Source: Diplonema japonicum
Taxonomy: Eukaryota > Protista > Euglenozoa: Diplonemea
Assembly (NCBI GenBank): GCA_964019335.1
Contig: OZ025720.1
Coordinates: 62,001-126,000 of the forward strand
Direction of reading: 5' to 3'
Length of the DNA: 64,000 nt
The notes under the pieces are model-generated. The model had not been told where the DNA came from, did not search any database, and was given only the letters and a program-made list of their open reading frames with translations. Both the position numbers and the translations under genes were made by a program. Positions 31,700-46,240 of this stretch are shown here, piece by piece (position 1 is the first letter of the stretch; each line of letters starts with the position of its first letter).

Positions 31700-32280
31700 T
31701 TTTTTTTCCCCTTTTTTTTTGTCCTCTCACCTCGCTCTCCCCTCTCCTCCCCCTTTTTTTTTTCAGGTTTTTTCTTTTTTTTTTTTTTTGTGGAGGTTAA
31801 AGGAAAATAAGGGTCATGTGCTTTCCCCCCCCTTCTCCCCTAACCCCCCTTTTTTTTTAGTTTGTGGTTGTATCAGTCTTTTTTTTTTTTTCCTATTTTT
31901 TCTCCTCATTTTTTTTTTTTACTGTCTCCAAGAATCAAGGGGAGGAGGAAAAAAAAAGGGGGGGAGGGGAAAGATAAAAAAAAAAGATAGGGTGTTCAGG
32001 AGTCGAGCGTAAGATGTAACGTTCAGGGAGAACCTGTGTACAAAGCTGCCATTCAGAGGGAGGGAGGGGAGGGGAGAAAAAGACGAGCAAAAGATTGAGA
32101 AACCTAAACCTTTTTCTTCTATGTCTTCCTCCGTCCTCCCCCCCCCCCCCCCCCCTCCCTTTTCGTTTCTCTCCCGAGAAGATGAGAACAGAAAATACAA
32201 CACTTTTCCATAGGTATTAAAGGCACACCCATCCTTCCCCCCTCCCCCTTTTTCCCCCTCATTCTTCTTCTTTTTCAGCA

Positions 32281-32353
32281 TCAAACTGGTTGGGTTGTAA
32301 TATGCAATGTTTCTTCCTCTTGTTCCTGTTCACGCTGCACATCCTGAGGACAA

Positions 32354-32389
<36 letters not shown>

Positions 32390-34493
32390 GATACCTTGCT
32401 GAACAACGACAACTTCGAAGCATCCCACACACAACCCCCACCAGGAGCCGAGTAGTATTTTAATATCTGCAATTTTATTCTTTTTTTCAAATTTTTTTTT
32501 TCTTTCATACCAAATCCCATGAATAAGGCACGAAAAAAGCTTCGGGAGAAGCCTCTTCAGCAAAGGCGTAGCGGTCCCCGGCTGCTGGTGTCTGAGCGCA
32601 GCTCCAAGAATCCGCGACGCCCCGAAGCACCTCTGTGACGTTCTCAACAGTGGCGGCCTCAAGAGAAACATCGTCCAAGCTTTTGCTGAAGAAGGCTATG
32701 CTGTCGTATATCCTCTGCAGCGCCGTCTGCAGTGCCTCATTCTCCAGCACCCTCATGTCTTCGAAACCGCTTCTTTGATGAAGCAGCTCGTACACCAGTT
32801 TGATATTGTCATGCACGGAGGCAAGGCAGGCGTTGATGACGACCACAGTGCTTCGCAGGTACTCTGCGTAGAGGTCGTAGTCGTCACCCAGCTGTCGTTT
32901 GGTCAGCTTCTTCCCCAAGAAGACCGCAAGGCCGACGAGTCTCTGTGCGGTGTACTCATGCATGTTGGTGATGACGCCTCCCATGTTCGACAGGATGGAC
33001 ATGCACTGCCGTGTCACATAAGGGTCCTGCCCCATCACCATGTTGTACTGGATCACCCGTACCAGCATCAGGATCAGCAGGCTCCCTGCTGAGACGTTGC
33101 GCAGCGTTCTTTCCGTGTACCATGGGACCTGTGGTGGGTTTTTTTTTTTTTTTTTTTTGGTTTGCACACCGCTGGGAAGGACGAGGTGTGTATATTTGTG
33201 TTGAAGGCCCTGTGCTGCGAGCACATTAGCAGCACCGACAGAAGAACGTACAGCGACGCGGGTGCCTCCCACAAACCGCTCACGCTGTGCAGCAGCTCCG
33301 TGATCGGGAAGACAAGACGCGACACCTCCGCGTGGTTGAGGATATACTCCAACGCCACGTTGTTCTCGTTGAGAAGAGTGTAAAGAAGCAGCACCATCTC
33401 GGGGTGCTGCAAAGACCCAGGCCTACGGGATAAAATTTAAAAAAAAAAAAAAAAATCAAAAAGAAATCCCCAAACCCAAAACAAACCTACAGAAAGTGTC
33501 GAAAAGCGCAGGTACGGGAAAGTCATGTTCAGTCTCATCTGTCTCAGCACGGAATGCCTGCAGAAGATGCGTGGGGTGCAGTTTTGAATCGTTCTTTCGT
33601 CTATAAAGGAGAGCGGTGAGGAGGAGCGCGGACCGACGACCCAAATGAGCGGAGAGCTGTTTTGTGTAAACAGGCCGTTGGGAACCCCCTGTAAGGGACT
33701 TTGCAAGCGACGAAGGAAGCACGAGGGAAGCAGCGAGGTCGAGAAGCAACGTGAGGGACCCAAGGGGAGACGAGTACTGCTCAGGAGCGGCGTACTCGGC
33801 CTTGGTGACGAAGGAAAGCAATTTGTACACTGTACCACGCGTGTGTTCAGCATCGAAGCACACATGGTCGATCACCTCAGAAGTTTGAATGCAAGGCGAT
33901 CCCATAGATGTCACCGACGTAGGCGAAGCATCATAAATGTTTTCATCAATATCAGAGTAAAGCGGCGACGAGCAGCATACTGTTAAAGTACTTATCACAA
34001 GAACATGCGCGTTCAAGCACATCCCTTCCATGTTCAACAATGGGTGTTTTTCTGAAAATGTGAGCATGGTGTCGGCGACCATGTTGCACACGGTGCCGCC
34101 TTTTGGGAGGGCTCCGTGAGCTGCGAGTTTTTCAAAATCGCCTTCGCTGACGTCGTACAATTTCTTGCACAAATTCTGCAAAATGATTAAATAATTGCAC
34201 AGAGTAGCGTAAGGGACTCTTGTAGGGCAGTTCGACGCCCAGCTCCCGATCATGTTGCAGAGGACTTGTGCGCACGCGCCTGCTCGCTGTGTCGTCTCGC
34301 TGTGAGACACTATGTTAGTTACAATGTTGTCCAGCTCCTTCTCAATCACACTGTCGCCTAGCACCGCCGGGTAGAACTGCGGCATGCTGGACACCTCTTC
34401 CCACATAATCTCACTGTTCAACTGGCTCCCGTCTTGCAGCGATTTCAGAAAATCATTCCCTTGTATTGTTGCAGTAGATATCTGACCCCCCAT
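32281..34493 (-). CDS. DYM: Dymeclin; introns 33423-33486, 33129-33169, 32467-32510, 32344-32394
   Basis: MG start; LLLYTLL, VPWYTER...GSLLILMLVRVIQYNM...CMSILSNM, LVYELLH, EEASPEAFFVPYSW. GT-AG introns join the three ORFs in frame. Confidence 0.88.
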
Positions 34494-34950
34494 TTTATTA
34501 TTTCTTTTTTTTTTTTTCTCCTTCTTTGTGTTCTCTTTTCTTTTTTTCCCCCCCCCTCCCTCTCCTGGGAAAAAAAATGTAAAATTCGTTGTTTTTTTTT
34601 TTTTTGGAAAAAAAAAAAGGAAAAAAAAAAAAAAAAAAAACAAAAAGGGTAGGGATATAACTTTCCTCATTCTTTTTTATTTTATTTTTTAGTATAAAAT
34701 TCACCTTAAAGGGTTGCATACGGTAGGGGGGGAGGGTGGGTAATAAAATAAAACAAAAAAGTAAAAAGTCAATGTCTCTCTTAAGTATCCATCTAATAAT
34801 AAAAGAAGAGCAGACACCCAGCCAATCCAAGAGACTCACTCATCCATAAATAAAGAAGGAAGGGGGGGGGCTACAAAAATAATAATATGGTAAAAAGAAA
34901 CCTGTCTGTTTGACTTTTTCGCTCGAGCATGGAGGAAGAAAGAAAAAAAA

Positions 34951-34992
34951 GAGACATTTAAGGGTACCTGCGGTATGTGGCAGGACGCCTGG
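34951..34992. mobile_element. ~42-bp hairpin micro-element in an A-run
   Basis: GAGACATTTAAGGGTACCTGCGGTATGTGGCAGGACGCCTG; near-identical to 46914-46954. Confidence 0.65.
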
Positions 34993-35262
34993 AAAAAAAA
35001 AAAAAGCCTGCTACTCGGCACAAAGAGTACAAGTTCTTTTATTAATCGTTTCTTTTTAATTTTTTAAAACCATATTGCATTTTTTGAAAGAGGAAAAAGA
35101 AAAAAAAAAAGGGGGCACGAAGTAAAACAAAAAAAAAAAAAAAAAAAACTAAAACAAAAAAAAAAGGAAGAAAAAAAATGAATTAGATTTCTTTTTTTTT
35201 TTTTTTTTTTCGAATCTTTTTTTTTTTTTTCTTTCTATTTTTTTCTTTCACGACAACCTTCA

Positions 35263-38200
35263 CTACGAGGGACCGGGGTCGACATCAATGAGGGTAACTA
35301 TTTTACGCCAATCCGAAGCGGCAGAGGACGTATGCTTGTGCGATTTATGCGCCCGTTTCACAGCCTTCGCCTTCAACAGCACTCTAAGCTCCTCCAACTG
35401 CTTCGCACCGTGCTTCTGCTTACTGTGGAAGGCAAGAAGATGCTTGTCCTGCTTACTGTTATAAGGAGTATCGAGGACTGAATATGGCCGCGTGTCAAAC
35501 CGTTTTTCGAGTACCTCGTGAGGAGAGGCCGACCGGCATTGACGCGAAGACGGAGACGGGGAAGGAGAAGGCGAAGGACTCCTTGCATCCCCTAGCAAGG
35601 CTGAAGAGACCTTCGCATTCTTCAGCTTTGACTTTACGATAGAACGCTTTGGTGATTGTGGAGCAGCAGCAGCCGATTGTGGTTCCACATGACATGCGGC
35701 ACATTCAGCGTGAGTAGTCTTTTTGATGAGCTCCCTGTTTTCATGTTTTAGCTTCCCGTTCTCCTTCATTAGTTTGGCTAGCTTCCCTCCAAGTTCCTTT
35801 CGTGTCTCGTGAGTTGTTCGCAGGTTTTCAATTTCTTTTTTTTTTATATCGTCTGTTTGCAAGCTGCCATCGACCACTTCGCCCACAGCGCACCTCAGTC
35901 TGTTTGTCGTGTCCATCAGCAGCTCCCTCTCCTTCTCCAAAATAGTTCTCCCGTTTACCGAATGTCGTCGCAATGCTTGACACTCAGACCGGAGTGCCAT
36001 TGCTTCCTCGCTGACCCGCTCGACCTCCCTAGCATGTTCCACTACTAGCGCTCCTTCTTCGCGTTTTAGCATGTCGAACTTAATCTCGTACCATTGCAGT
36101 GCTTCCGCGCTGTTTTTTTGTTTCTCCTCTGCTACCTTGGCTCGCATTGTCACTTGTCGTAGCGTGCTCTGCAGTTCCACCACTTGTTTTGTGAGGAGTT
36201 TGTTCTCCTTCTCCGCGCGGATCCCCAGGTCGCCGAGGTTCAGAAGTCTTTTTTCCATTTTCGAGATGCCTTCCCCTGTGTCTCTTCGTCGCCTGCTTTC
36301 TCGTAAAATGTCTTGTTCCTCTTCGCAGAGGCTTTCCTTCAACTGTGTCAGTTCTCGTTTGGCTTTTGTTAGCTCAGTGTTCTCGTTGCGCAGTGCGGAC
36401 ACAACGGCTTCTGTCTCCAGCTGCCGTTCTATCATGTTGCTGCAGCGTTCGTTGGCGAGCATGAGCTGCCGGCCGCGGGAGTACAGCTCTTTGGTCAGGT
36501 TGGTGGGGTTGTCAGAATTGTGCGCGTTTTCGTTTTGCATCCTCTCCGCCTCCGTCTGTAACGCTTTGATCTGCTGGGCGTACCGCACGCATTGTATCTC
36601 AGCGCTGTTAGCACGCTCACGCTCTTCGTTCAGCTCCCGCACCACCGTCAGTGCACTCTCCTTCTCCCCCTCGCTCCCCACGTTGATGGGCAGCCCGCGG
36701 ACCACATTCTCGTAGCGCTCCAAATACTCTATTTCCTCCTGGAGGTCGTCCACTGTCTGCTGCAGCCCTACTATTTTCTTGTTCAGCTTGCCAACCGTCT
36801 CCTTCAGCGCGTTCCGCTCTGCGATGACCTCCTGCATTGCTGTCTGCTTCATTGAACGGCGTTTCTCTTCCTTCAGCGCTTTCTGCAGTTGCTCCTTCTC
36901 GTTCTCGAGGCATCGGGAGGACCGTATCTCGGACTCCCTCACCCGCTTGACCTCCTCTTTCAGTTTGTCGTTCTCTTCCTTCAAGTGGTTCACCTCTTCG
37001 TCACTCTCCTCGTCGATAACGCCTGTTACGTACGTCAGCCGCTTCCTCTCTCGCTTTGCGTACCGCATGAACTTCATCGAATCGTCACTTGACACACCTG
37101 CTTCAACGAGCTTCGCACCTGTAGCATGGTGTGGTGAGTAAGCAGCTGCATACCTGCGGTGTCCAACCAGAAGTCTTGTTTGTCCCACGCGAAGGGATCT
37201 GAGGGGCGTGTATTTTTTAGGCTGGAGAACCCCCGCAACAGTTCTTTCCCCGAGTCAGTGATGTCTGACGCATGCAGCCAGAAGGGCAGATCGACATCGA
37301 TCTGAGTGAATCTTGGCGACATGCCCCGCCGCCCCCGCTCGGCATCGATGCCCATCTTGATCTTCGAGATGCTGTTGTTGGGAAAGTTCCCAGCCAGGTC
37401 GTCGCCAGAAAGCATGAGCAGCCCCGCATCGCCTTTGGTTCCTACCACGTCTTGTAGACGTGACAGCTCTAACGGTTCCAGACCAAGCATGCCTGCCCAC
37501 GGTGGAAGCTTGAGCGGCATATCGCCGGTTTCTGAGGGGGCAGATGCGACTGAAGTGGCGATACTTGCCCTTGTCATCGACTTCTGCACGTTCTGCTCGG
37601 CAAGCAGGACCTGTCTCTCTTTTTCGAGCTCGACCTTCTGCTCTTCGAGACACTGCTGCTTCTTTTGTAGTTCTCGCTGTTGCGTTTCGATCTCCAGGGC
37701 GGCTACTTCTTCCTGTTTCTTTTTTTCCTCGTCCTCTCGCTTCTTCTTCTCAGTTACGAGCTCGTGCGCCTCTGCACACAGAGCACGCTGAACCTTGTCG
37801 AGGTATGTCCTGTTCGTGCTGCCGGCACTCAGAGCGGAAACGGCAATGAACTCATTCTCAAGGGCACCCTTAAGGGAGGGGTCGTACGCCAGTAGCCTCG
37901 AGAGCACCCACCCCACGGCAGGCTTGATGGCATCTGAGTTGGCCGTCCTATCGAGGACGTCGATGATGCGGTCGATACCGTTGTAGGAGAGGGCATCTTT
38001 GCAGGCTTGCTCCGTCTGGCACAGGTTACCAATAGTGAGCAAAGCCCATTGCACAGAAGAAGACTTGTCGTAAATGGGCAGCACTGTCAGCAGCAGCAGG
38101 GACATAACATTCTCGGTAGAGTCCAGAACGGCCTGCCTGTGCTCCTCACTGTGTCTGGCCACCTGGCACAGCACGATGCAGCAATCCGTGAGGTGCGTCA

Positions 38201-40307
38201 GTTGGCTCTCTGTGCACAGATTCATGATGGACAAGATGGTCGGCAGCCCTCCTATTTCGACCACCTGTTCCACCAGCTCCGCTTGCGACTCTTGCAGGAC
38301 GTTCACAACAGTGGCGATCATCCTGCCCCTCAAGGAAGGTACTTTCAGCTGCGCTGAAGTTGCCTTCAACAGTATCTTGATCCCTGAGTTCGCAGATATT
38401 TGTTTCCTTCCGTAAGCCACTTGCGAGATATCGAAAAGGGCAGGAACTGTGAACTGGACAACCTTCGTGTTGCTCCCCTGTCTGTGCAGGAGCTGAAGCA
38501 GTTTTTTGATGCTGGAAGAGGTGCCTTCGTTGTGGTTGATTAGGACGTTCCATCGCTGCTCGCTGGAGGCCGCGAGCTGTTTAAGAGCAAAGATGGCAGA
38601 GTCCTGCTCTTCGGAGGTAGGGGGGAGAACTCGAGCGGCGCTGAGAAGTGCTGCGGGGCAACCGGACTCCACAAGCTTTTCGGCATCGTGGCTACTGATG
38701 GCACCGAGGAAGGTACAGCAGAGCTGCAAGATAACAGGGTCCTTCATGGTGTTCATAAAGTCAAGGACCGGACGCCACATCTTGGCTTGGTAGATGGCAC
38801 CGTGGTGCTGGGAGGAGGCTGCGATGTTGTTGAAGACGCACATCAGCTTTCGAACGACTTCCACGTCTGGTTTGGCTGTCATGGCGGTAGCGGCAGCGCT
38901 GATGGGCATCGCGATGTCAGCTGCCAGCACGGCAGGGTCGCTCGTCACTGTCGCTGTGATGACAACGTCGAGAAGCCCGTTGAGATGCGCCAGCTCTCTG
39001 TCCTGCGAGAACTTGAAGAGCGCGTCGCCCAGCACACCCATTGCGTCACCGATGAAGATCTTCGACTGCTCGTTCTCGATGACAACCTGCAAGCAGAACA
39101 CAGCCGACTCTGCCAATTGCATGGCTGTCACCCTCTTCGTCTCTATAGAGCTGTTCGTAGGTGACAACAAAAAGTCAGGAGTCGGCGTCCCCGACCTGGC
39201 CGACAAAACCATCGGCAGCGGAGGAGACTCGGCACTAAACGTAGGCCTACCCAAATACGTGGACATCGGGGAGAGCGGCATAGAAGGGGAGCCCAGCACA
39301 TCTCGGGGTGAAGTCAACCCATCTCGGGGTGAGGCCAACCCCTCGAGAGGCAACAACTCAGGTGTCGTGTTGCCGCTCATTGTAAGAATGGCACCACGGC
39401 GACCCGGGCGGATGTCGGGGCCGTCACTCCGTGCTGCGATGTTTCGAAAGCACTTGACGACAAGCTTCGCCATGATGCCTGTCGAGAGTAGCCCCTCGAC
39501 AGTGTCGCTGAGGCACAGGTTTGCCGCAGCGAGGATGGAATAGTGGAGGAGAGAGAGAGTCGCAGATTCGTCAAGCGCAGCATGAAAGAGGCTGGACGCG
39601 CCTTCTTCGCAGAGCTGCACACAAAGGCTATCATCAAGGGTGAGCTTGTAGAGGATGTTCCCAGTGATTTCCTTCGCGATGGTGGAAGAGGAGCTTTCAA
39701 GGATATGACACACAGCAGGGACGACGGTCATGTGAACAGCTTCAAGCTCCGAACCGTGCGGGATAAGTCGGTTGAGGACCTTGCTGACAACGGCAATGAT
39801 GTCCTCATCATACTCGAAGAGCTCAAGACAGCGAAGGGCTACTGTGATACCACCGTGGGAAATGGCATATGAAGCGTCATCAGCGTTCGAGAGGATGAAG
39901 TCACGGAGGTGGAGGAGGCCTGCGGACAGCACGTCTTCCTTGTCAAGATTGTTCAGAAGATGAGGCAGCAGCACTGCGATGCTGTTCTCCTTAGGCGGTG
40001 CCTCGCATAATGTACTCAGTGCTGCAATTTTTTTCACGGCCCGTCGGAACCTTAATTTCGCCTCGCTGTCCTGTACCTCTACGCCATCCACGGAGAATCT
40101 TCGGCTGCCGTGTTTCACCCTAGCGTTGTGTACCATCTCGCCCGCAGAGCTTCTCGTTCTTGTCAAGCAGGCCCATCGCTCCTCTCCGGGCTCTTCTTCT
40201 TCGTCTGATACCTCCGCAGCTTCGCCGTCTTGTGCGGTCCCCCAGAAGGCCGAGAACGGTGCGATGTCGTCGCTGTCGTCATCGCTGCCGCTGCTCTGAG
40301 CGGACAT
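35263..40307 (-). CDS. Large armadillo-repeat plus coiled-coil protein; 35-nt intron 37119-37153 joins two ORFs
   Basis: ARM-like helical repeats (GG...L...L, LGNL); GTATGC...TACAG intron gives DTAG|AKLVEAG in frame; long heptad C-terminus. Confidence 0.8.
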
Positions 40308-40744
40308 TGGGTATCCTTTGCATTCGGGTGTTGGAATAGCGGAGGGGGAAAGAAATTTTAAAAAAAAAGGATTTTTTGACATGTGTCAATAGAATAAAAA
40401 AAAAATCCGCGAAAAGAAAAAAATGGGGAAATCATGAAGGGGATGGGGAGGGGATTTGTATGGTCAAAAAAAAAAAAAAAAACACAGAATACCAGAATTG
40501 TAACGGAAAAAAAGAAAAACGGGGGGGGGGTAAATTTGCAGGATGCTACTTTTTTTTTTAAAAAAAAAAAATTGCCCTTTTTTTTCTCCCCTCTTTTTTA
40601 AGAGGATCGGTGGTTTTCTTCTTTTTCTTTCCCCCCTTTTTTTTCTTCTTTTTTTCATTACGCTCCTCTCGATTTTGCTTCATTCACTGCGCCCCAAATT
40701 TTATTTTTTCGGGTAATTCTGCAGACCCGTGGGTAACTCCAACT

Positions 40745-40782
40745 CAAAACCCGACAGTAATTGGTTAATACTGGATTCTATG
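40745..40782. repeat. Degenerate solo end of the 24465-25118 TIR family
   Basis: CAAAACCCGACAGTAATTGGTTAATACTGGATTCTATG vs CAAAACCCGAAGGTGATCGGTTAACCCTGGACACTATG. Confidence 0.55.
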
Positions 40783-41661
40783 GGATCTGGTGCCAACATG
40801 CGACCTCTTTCTATTAGGGAGACTGAATGAAGTAAAATTGAGGAGAGTAAAAAATAAAACCATCTTGTTCACGATCAGTTAACTTTTCTGCCACCCTCTT
40901 GAAATAAAAAAAAAGAAATTCTTCGTTGAAGTGGCGGAAAAAATTCATTTTCTTTTTTTTTGTTTTGTTTTTTTTTTTGTTTCCTTCTTTTTTTTTCAAA
41001 AAGAATTGTTTTTTTTTTTTGTTTTTGTTGGGAAAAACAAAAAAAAAAAAAAAAAAAAAACCCCGGTTTGGAGAGAAGAAAGGAAATAAAGTCCTGAGCT
41101 GCTGCAATCCAAGGATGCTTTTTTTGTGATCTTTCTTCTCCTTTCTCCGATCGTTTCCCTGGAAGGGAAAACAAGAAGCTTGGGAAAAGGGAGGGGAAAA
41201 AAAACCTTTTTCTAGGTAATGAGGTTATACCCCTAAGACCCAACAACACATAGCAGCCTTCGCTCGGCTTGGAAAAAAACAAAAGAAAAAGCAAGATTAT
41301 AGAAAAAAAAAAATAAAACAAAAAAAAAAAGGGGGGGAAACTGCTTCTCCTGATGGATCAAGAAGACAAACAGGAAAGGAGAACAAATATATAAAAAAAA
41401 AAAAAAGAAAAAAATATAAAATACCTGCTTTTTCAAAAAGGAAGAATATTAGTACTGCATCCCCCCTCCCGCAATGTCCTCTTTCAAAAGAAAAAAAAAA
41501 AGAAAAAAAAAGTTTAAAAAAATATAAAAAAAATCCACTAACCCATTGCAGTTGTGGCTACTATTGATACTCCCTTTCTGGGACTCAAAAGAAAAACCCA
41601 TAGAAATACAAGTCACCCTCAGGCACCAATAATAATAAAAAAAAAACACGAAGTAATGAAC

Positions 41662-41704
<43 letters not shown>

Positions 41705-42962
41705 TTTGAGTAATGGATTTGCTGTTATTTATTTTTCTTTCTTTTTTTTTTTTTAAAGCCAATTTCTATTTTTTCTTTCATCATAAAAAAAAAAAAAAAA
41801 AAGGAAATAGCAGGAATACTTTTTTTCAGTAGTGTTTGGCGAGGTGGAGTCCGCAGCTGACGGAAATCTTGGACACCAATGGTGGCAGAGAGGGGACAGC
41901 TGCGCTGCAGGTGGTCAGGTATTTCACAGAAGTCCGCAAGCTTTACCCTGGGATGGATGGGACGTGCACTAGGTGATATCATGGAAATATAAGAAGTAGC
42001 TTCCTTTAAATTATCGAGTTTTCTTTTGTTTTCCTTTTTTTTTTTTTTTTTTTTTTTTTTTGTTCTCCATTCTCCCTCTGTTCCTTGTCGTCTCCCAAAA
42101 AGCTGTTTCATTTCTTACAAGGAAAAAGAAACGGAGGAATAAAAAAAAAAAAAAAAAAAAAAAAAAGAACATATAACCATGTCTTAAGCCTCTTAAGTGA
42201 CTGAAAGCAACTCTAGAACTTTTTTTCATTCCTACAAAGGCTTCCTCCCCCGGGTGGCTATGTTGGCAGGGAAACGCGTTTCCAAGCTTTTTTTTCTTTT
42301 TTGAAAATATGGAAACGGATACGGAAACGCTCCCTTAAGTATCTGAAAATAAGGAAACAGAAACGAAAACGTTTCCCCCGTTTCTTGCAAACATAGCCGA
42401 GGGGGGGGGGGGGGGGGGGGGGAGGGCTGAAATAAAAAAAATCTTTTTTGTCTACTTTACACAGATTGCACACTTGCAACGCGAAAATATGCGTTACGGA
42501 AGGAAGGCGAGAAAAAGAAAAGAAGATAAAAAGGGGGTATTTCAGGCTGAGAAAACACCGTGCTCTTTTCTTCTTTCTTCTCCATGCAAGTCTGTTTTTT
42601 TTTTCTTTTTTTTTTTCTTTTTTTTTTCTTTTTAACATACTTCGCGTCTGTGATCGGTGGCAACTACACAAAATAAATGTATCACGAATATTGCGAGAAA
42701 AAGAAATTCGCAAGTTCACAAACAAAAAAAAAGGGGGGGGGGCGGATATTAAAAAAAAAAAAAAATGAAAGAAACTCCCTGCATACAAAGTCGTATGGCA
42801 CAGTTCCAGTATTTTCCTTTTTCTGTTTTAAACAATTTGGGGGGAGAGAGAGCGGATGAGATATGAGAATAATAAAAAAAAAAAAAAAAAAAAAAGAAAT
42901 CGGGGGAAAGGGGGCGAGACACAGATGGGGAAACAAATAAAAAAAAATTTTTTTTCTTTCTT

Positions 42963-43184
42963 TTAACTATCGGCCTCCTCTTTTCCGGGTTGTTTATCCT
43001 CCGTTTCCTCTTCTTTCTGCAGCGACTCTGCGATTTTAGGAAGATTAACAGGTGGGGAGGGCGCAGGCTCCGGAACCTTTACAAGACTGCTGTTGATGTT
43101 GTTGCTGTTATTCTTCTGCAGTGTGGCACTAATTGCGGAAATGCTCTGTAGAATCTGGATAAGTGTCCTTTGTTGCTCGTCCTT

Positions 43185-43221
<37 letters not shown>

Positions 43222-45487
43222 CCCCAGAGAGAAAAAAAAAATAAAAAAAAACCTGTCTCCTCAGCAACACCTGCTGTTGCACTTTTAGCTCATTCAGAAC
43301 AGTCACGGTCCCCTTCTCTAACTTGTCCCTACGGAGGGCCTCACGCGCTGCTAGCTTCCATCTTTCACTGCTTACTCTCTTGAGCAGTGGAGGCGGTTTT
43401 TGTTGTTTCCTTCCACCCCCCTCTTCCGAGTCCACCTCCGAAATGAGCTCACCTAGACTGTCCTTCCCGGTGCTGATTTCATTTGCACTCCAATCAGAGG
43501 CTACATCCTTCTGGTCAACAGGTGACATTGGGGATTCTGTAGATATTTTTTTTTGAATTATGACTTTTAAAACACGAAAGTACATACTTCTGGGGCTTGC
43601 GCATCTCCCGTTCTTAGGAGACAGTGATGCCTCTTGTGCCCTTATCCGCCTCAGGTTGCTTCCGATAGAAAAAGATCGGCTAGATGCCGTTTTTGAAAGG
43701 CGCGGAGGTGGTGCCGGCACGCCAGGCATTTCTATGATATTCTTTCTTACGAGGTCGATAAGGGCTTTGGTTGAGTCTGCAGTCCGCATAGACCTCTGTG
43801 AGCCTTGAGAGGAACACATCGATGTGTCTGTTTCATCAGATGTCACGCTCCCCCCGTCGTCGTCTCTGTCGTCTTCCTCTGCGTTTTGCGTGGTGTGGCT
43901 TTGCGTGGGAGATGGTGGAGTTGACGGCCTGACCAACGGTTGTTGTATCTGCCTCGTGTTGCCCAGCATGTCCATCCCGGGCATCGCGATGATGTTTTTC
44001 ATCCTGGGGGACATCGGCTGTATTTCAGCAGAGGGCTCCCCGTTTAGAGTGTTTCGTCGGCTGCCCTGCCCGGGGGGGGTGTCGGGTTTGAACATTAAAC
44101 TATTTTTTTTCTTCCCGAACGTCATTCGTTTCGTCTGCCGCAGCTGGCTGCTCAAGCCTTCATCAGCAGGGCGCATCAAGTACTGCAGCACTGTGTTCTG
44201 CGCAAGGATGTCCGATGTGTCGGCCTGCAGAACGTCCAACACACTGATATCCGCCCATTCCGTCCCGCCCTCTTCGCCAGACCGCAGTCGTTTCAGCGTC
44301 CGCACCGCGTCTAGCAAGCTGGAGTATTTTGCATGTAAAGCCCGCGCTCTCACGCTTGTGGTAAGCCACCCTGCGATGGATCTATGCGGGGTGATGGGCT
44401 GCCCGTTATTCAGGAGCAAATTGTAGTCCATCGCCCGGACGATAACTGTCAACGAGGCAGCCTTGATCTTACGTGAAGCCTGCACCTCGCACAGGAACAG
44501 GATGACCTGCTTCTGGATGCGGGTGAGAGCCAGCTTGTGCTGCACAACGCTGACAAGTACTGCCGACGCGGTGATCCCGAAGATGGCGCTCACAACACCG
44601 ATGATCCTCCCGACAGGCGACGATGGGACATGGTCCCCGTAGCCCACCGTGGTGAAGGTCACGATCGTGAACCACATGGCACGGTCCATACCCCAGTCCT
44701 CAGAGGCACCTTCGATGAACCATGTCGCGCATGACAGCATCATGAATCTGTTTTTTTTTTTTTTTTTTTTTTTTTTTTTCTTTCCTCCTTTCTCGGCAAC
44801 ATACCCTCCGAACGCGGTGGACGCCATGGTCAGAATAGGGTATTTGAACAGAAGCATTTTGTACACAAACAACGGGCCAAGCTGTTCACCTGTGAGTGCG
44901 GCGACGAGCGTTGCTCCAGCTGAGCTCACAAACGTGTAGTGTGATATGGTCTGCAAAGCTTCGAAAGATCTAAGCAGCACAACACTGTTTAGATAGGACC
45001 GCATCTTCCCATCGTCAAAATCTGCAACATACGGGGGAGCGTGGATCACAGTGACAAGCATGTGAACAATCATATATCTGCAGAGAGGCGAAATGAAGAA
45101 GGAAGGGTAGGCGACAGTGTAGTCGGGCTTGAGGAGCGTTTCCTTTTTGTACCAAATGAGGTAGAGGTCGATGATGGCTGCAAGGTGGCACATTGTTAAA
45201 AATGTCAGGAAAACATCCAGTACTATAGAGCCGATCAGGGTGTTGATGATAACGGTGGCTATGGCGGTGGCGGCCAGCCCGAACGAAATTGTGTTGTTTC
45301 TCTTTTGCTGCCTGGTTAGTCTGAAGTTCTTCCCAAGCATGCCCACGGCGCCGTTCGCAGGGCTTCCTTCCGGAACCAATTCCTTAAACCATGCTCCCAG
45401 GTCTCTCCCAGGTTTTAGGAACGGGGTAGGGCTGCTCGGGCCCATGTTCCCGCTCTCCTCTCTCGGCGGCAATTGATACTCATTCAT
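42963..45487 (-). CDS. SK/KCa-like potassium channel; introns 44748-44804, 43537-43587, 43182-43252
   Basis: Pore TFTTVGYGD; post-S6 KLALTRIQKQVILFL...RKIKAAS resembles the SK calmodulin-binding region. Confidence 0.88.
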
Positions 45488-46206
45488 TTTTTTTCATTGT
45501 GTATTGCGGAACCTCTTTTTTTTTTTTTTTTTTTTTTAGAAAAAAAAAAATGGAAGTGAAAAAAAAAAAAAAAAACTTATTTGCATGGTTGGGTTTTCTT
45601 TTTTTTTCTTCTCTTTTTTTTCCCCCCCGCTCTTGCATTGCCCTCTGTTTCTTCTATCTAAAGACTAAGCAATGACAAGAAATAAGACTATAGAAAGGAG
45701 AGAGGGGGAAAAAAAAGGGGGGGGGGAAATACAGAACGAATAAAAAAGAAAAATGGGATTTCTTTTTTTTTTCTCATCTCGTACCCGTGCTAAAAAGGCG
45801 AATACAAAGGCGCCACAAAGGTTGTTTACTTTTCTTTTTTTCTTATGTGTGCACTGCTTTTCTTTTTTTCTTTTTTTCTTGCTTGTAAAGAGGAAGAGGT
45901 GAGTACATGAACTGAATGGATAAATAAAAAGAGGAAGAAAAAAATGGAGGTTTCTGCATCGATTTATCTTTTTTTTTTTTTTTTCTTTTTTTTTTTTTTT
46001 AAATCGTCTTCTAACGGGAAAGTGATTCGGAAAAGGAATAGATAAATTTACTATAAAATAGGAATCGAAACGGGGCGTCGCAACACCACCGCACCGATAC
46101 ATAATGGGCTTTTATTTGGAATAAATAATGGAGCAAACGGCGAAAGAAATTTCGGGTTTTTGTAATTTTTCCGTTTTGTATTAAAGTCCAAATACGTTAA
46201 CCATCG

Positions 46207-46240
<34 letters not shown>

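Noticed and set aside
37074-37188. Apparent programmed frameshifts between overlapping ORFs (also in dymeclin, DYRK, SLC12)
   Set aside because: Each is explained by a canonical GT-AG micro-intron.
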